Made by a program: the position numbers and the translations under genes | Shown here: positions 34,659 through 35,845 of the stretch, piece by piece | Layout of the letters: the number at the start of each line of letters is the position of its first letter | Numbering within the stretch: position 1 is the stretch's first letter | NCBI GenBank assembly: GCA_024653795.1 | Contig: JANLHY010000767.1 | Coordinates: forward strand, 1-35,845 | Source: Candidatus Brocadiaceae bacterium | Lineage (GTDB): Bacteria > Planctomycetota > Brocadiia > Brocadiales > Brocadiaceae | Length of the DNA: 35,845 bases | Reading direction: 5' to 3' | The notes under the pieces: generated by a model | The model's input: only the letters and a program-made list of their open reading frames with translations | What the model was told of the DNA's origin: nothing | Databases searched by the model: none

Positions 34659-35845
34659 ATGAATATCCTGATAATCGAGCCGCCTGCTGTTTCTAAGTTT
34701 GGTAATCAGAGAATATTTGGCGGAAATGGAAGCAATAAAAGCGACTTCAGAAAGCCTCCGCTTGATTTAATGATGATTTCCGGTTATTTGAGAAAAGAGG
34801 GATACGATAATAATCTCATTGATGCAAATTCTTCACGAAGAACAATAGATGACGTAGAGGGGATCATTAAAAAAAACTTTCCTGATGTCCTTTTCTTTTC
34901 TACTTCCACGTGCACCATTTATAAGGATCTGCTTGTTGCAAAGGTCGCTAAAAAAATAAACCCTTCGATTATTACTGCTGCTATCGGGACTCATGTAATG
35001 GCATTACCTCTTGAAACATTTCAGGAATCGCAATATCTTGACATTATTGTATATTCGAGTGAATGGGAGCAGGCATCATTAAATATAGTGAGAAATTTAT
35101 CAAATTTAGAAAATGCAAAAGGAATATTTTTCAAGAAACCTGATGGAACAATTGTAAAGACAGATTTGCAGCCGCCTTTGCAAAATCTTGATGACTTGGG
35201 GTTCCCATCCCATGATAAGCTTGAAAAAGAACTTTACGGAGATCCTACCTCTAAAGGATCTCCAAAAACAATGGTTATGGGACAGAAGGCATGTATTAAC
35301 AACTGCAGCTTTTGCTGCCAGCCGGCTTTCTTTGGCGCCCCTGTAATCAGAAAGCGTTCTGTTGAGCATTTCATTTCTGAATTGAAGTGGGTTCAGCATC
35401 TCGGTTTTAAAGAGGTTATGTTCAATGATGCTACATTGACTGCAGATACGGAGTGGGCAACTGCATTATTTGAGGGTGTGATAGAGAACAATATCGATAT
35501 TACTTGGAACTGCTCTACAAGAGCTGAACGGGTTAATGATTCGATATTAAAGTTAATGAAGAAGGCAGGATGCCATACTATTGCACTTGGAATGGAAAGT
35601 ACTGATCCCGTAGTGCTGAAGAATATTAGAAAAAATGTTGCCCCAGAACAGTTAAGAGAGTCGGTATCACTAATAAGAAAAAATGGAATGAATACGGTAG
35701 TATTCTGTGTGGTAGGTTTCCCGGGAGAGACCAGGGGAAGCATAGAAAAAACTATATCTTTCCTGAAGACTCTTGATACAACCTATATTACTCTTGGAAT
35801 AGCAGTCCCGGCGCCAGGCACGGATTTCTATAAGTATGTTGAAGA
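34659..35845 (+). CDS. B12-binding-domain radical SAM protein (class B rSAM) no. 6, 3'-truncated by the window end
   Basis: Not in the ORF track because it has no stop. I translated it by hand from the ATG at 34659 and found no stop through 35845: MNILIIEPPAV...VLFFSTST...AAIGTHVM...GQKACINNCSFCCQP (CxxxCxxC)...GMESTDPVVLKNIRK...VVGFPGET. Confidence 0.85.
   Translation, partial: MNILIIEPPAVSKFGNQRIFGGNGSNKSDFRKPPLDLMMISGYLRKEGYDNNLIDANSSRRTIDDVEGIIKKNFPDVLFFSTSTCTIYKDLLVAKVAKKINPSIITAAIGTHVMALPLETFQESQYLDIIVYSSEWEQASLNIVRNLSNLENAKGIFFKKPDGTIVKTDLQPPLQNLDDLGFPSHDKLEKELYGDPTSKGSPKTMVMGQKACINNCSFCCQPAFFGAPVIRKRSVEHFISELKWVQHLGFKEVMFNDATLTADTEWATALFEGVIENNIDITWNCSTRAERVNDSILKLMKKAGCHTIALGMESTDPVVLKNIRKNVAPEQLRESVSLIRKNGMNTVVFCVVGFPGETRGSIEKTISFLKTLDTTYITLGIAVPAPGTDFYKYVE

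Noticed and set aside
35106-35743. Two minus-strand ORFs (97 and 116 aa), the only track entries near the 3' end
   Set aside because: The + strand frame from 34659 is open to the window end and encodes a conserved B12-domain radical SAM protein (CINNCSFC, GMESTD, VVGFPGET). The antisense ORFs show no motifs.

Overview
AT-rich 35.8-kb window. Every credible gene is on the + strand, and most are under 50 bp apart or overlap at ATGA/TGATG junctions. It reads as one large surface-polysaccharide (Wzx/Wzy-type) biosynthesis locus from an unidentified bacterium. The cobalamin/radical-SAM content suggests an anaerobe. The 5' end is a decayed junction. It holds a formyltransferase N-terminal remnant preceded by a 4x 9-bp tandem repeat, an inserted MntA/HepT (type VII) toxin-antitoxin pair, a duplicated 5' fragment of the downstream GNAT gene, and an orphan YgiT-type zinc-finger gene. 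Downstream come a GNAT, a PFTS-motif protein, a Wzx flippase, an ACP-KASIII-SDR acyl cassette, two large GNAT-like proteins and a CE4 deacetylase. These are followed by an HpcH/HpaI pyruvate aldolase, a Gfo/Idh/MocA oxidoreductase, a methyltransferase-like protein, a twitch/SPASM-like radical SAM enzyme and a HisC-like aminotransferase. Next are a YhcH/NanQ-family protein, a KdsB-family cytidylyltransferase, a large unknown protein carrying an in-frame C9T9 tract, and FkbM and class I methyltransferases. The locus ends with a SIS isomerase, a 2-hydroxyacid dehydrogenase, an IMPase-family phosphatase, a GT2 and an O-antigen-ligase/Wzy-family membrane protein. Six cobalamin-domain (class B) radical SAM genes are spread through the 3' half, the last cut by the window edge. 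The main leads are: (1) the unusually radical-SAM-dense glycan locus; (2) a possible non-canonical CMP-ulosonic-acid route built on a pyruvate aldolase rather than a KdsA/NeuB-type synthase; (3) a three-copy intergenic repeat whose complete copy is bounded by GCCTAAC...GTTAGGC, the textbook integron attC inverse-core/core pair, flanking two cassette-like genes next to a duplicated, frameshifted FkbM 3' fragment; (4) a candidate phase-variation tract; (5) a 188-bp MITE-like element. I recognised no rRNA, tRNA, CRISPR array, transposase or integrase. All family assignments come from motifs read by eye in the translations and need HMM/BLAST confirmation.
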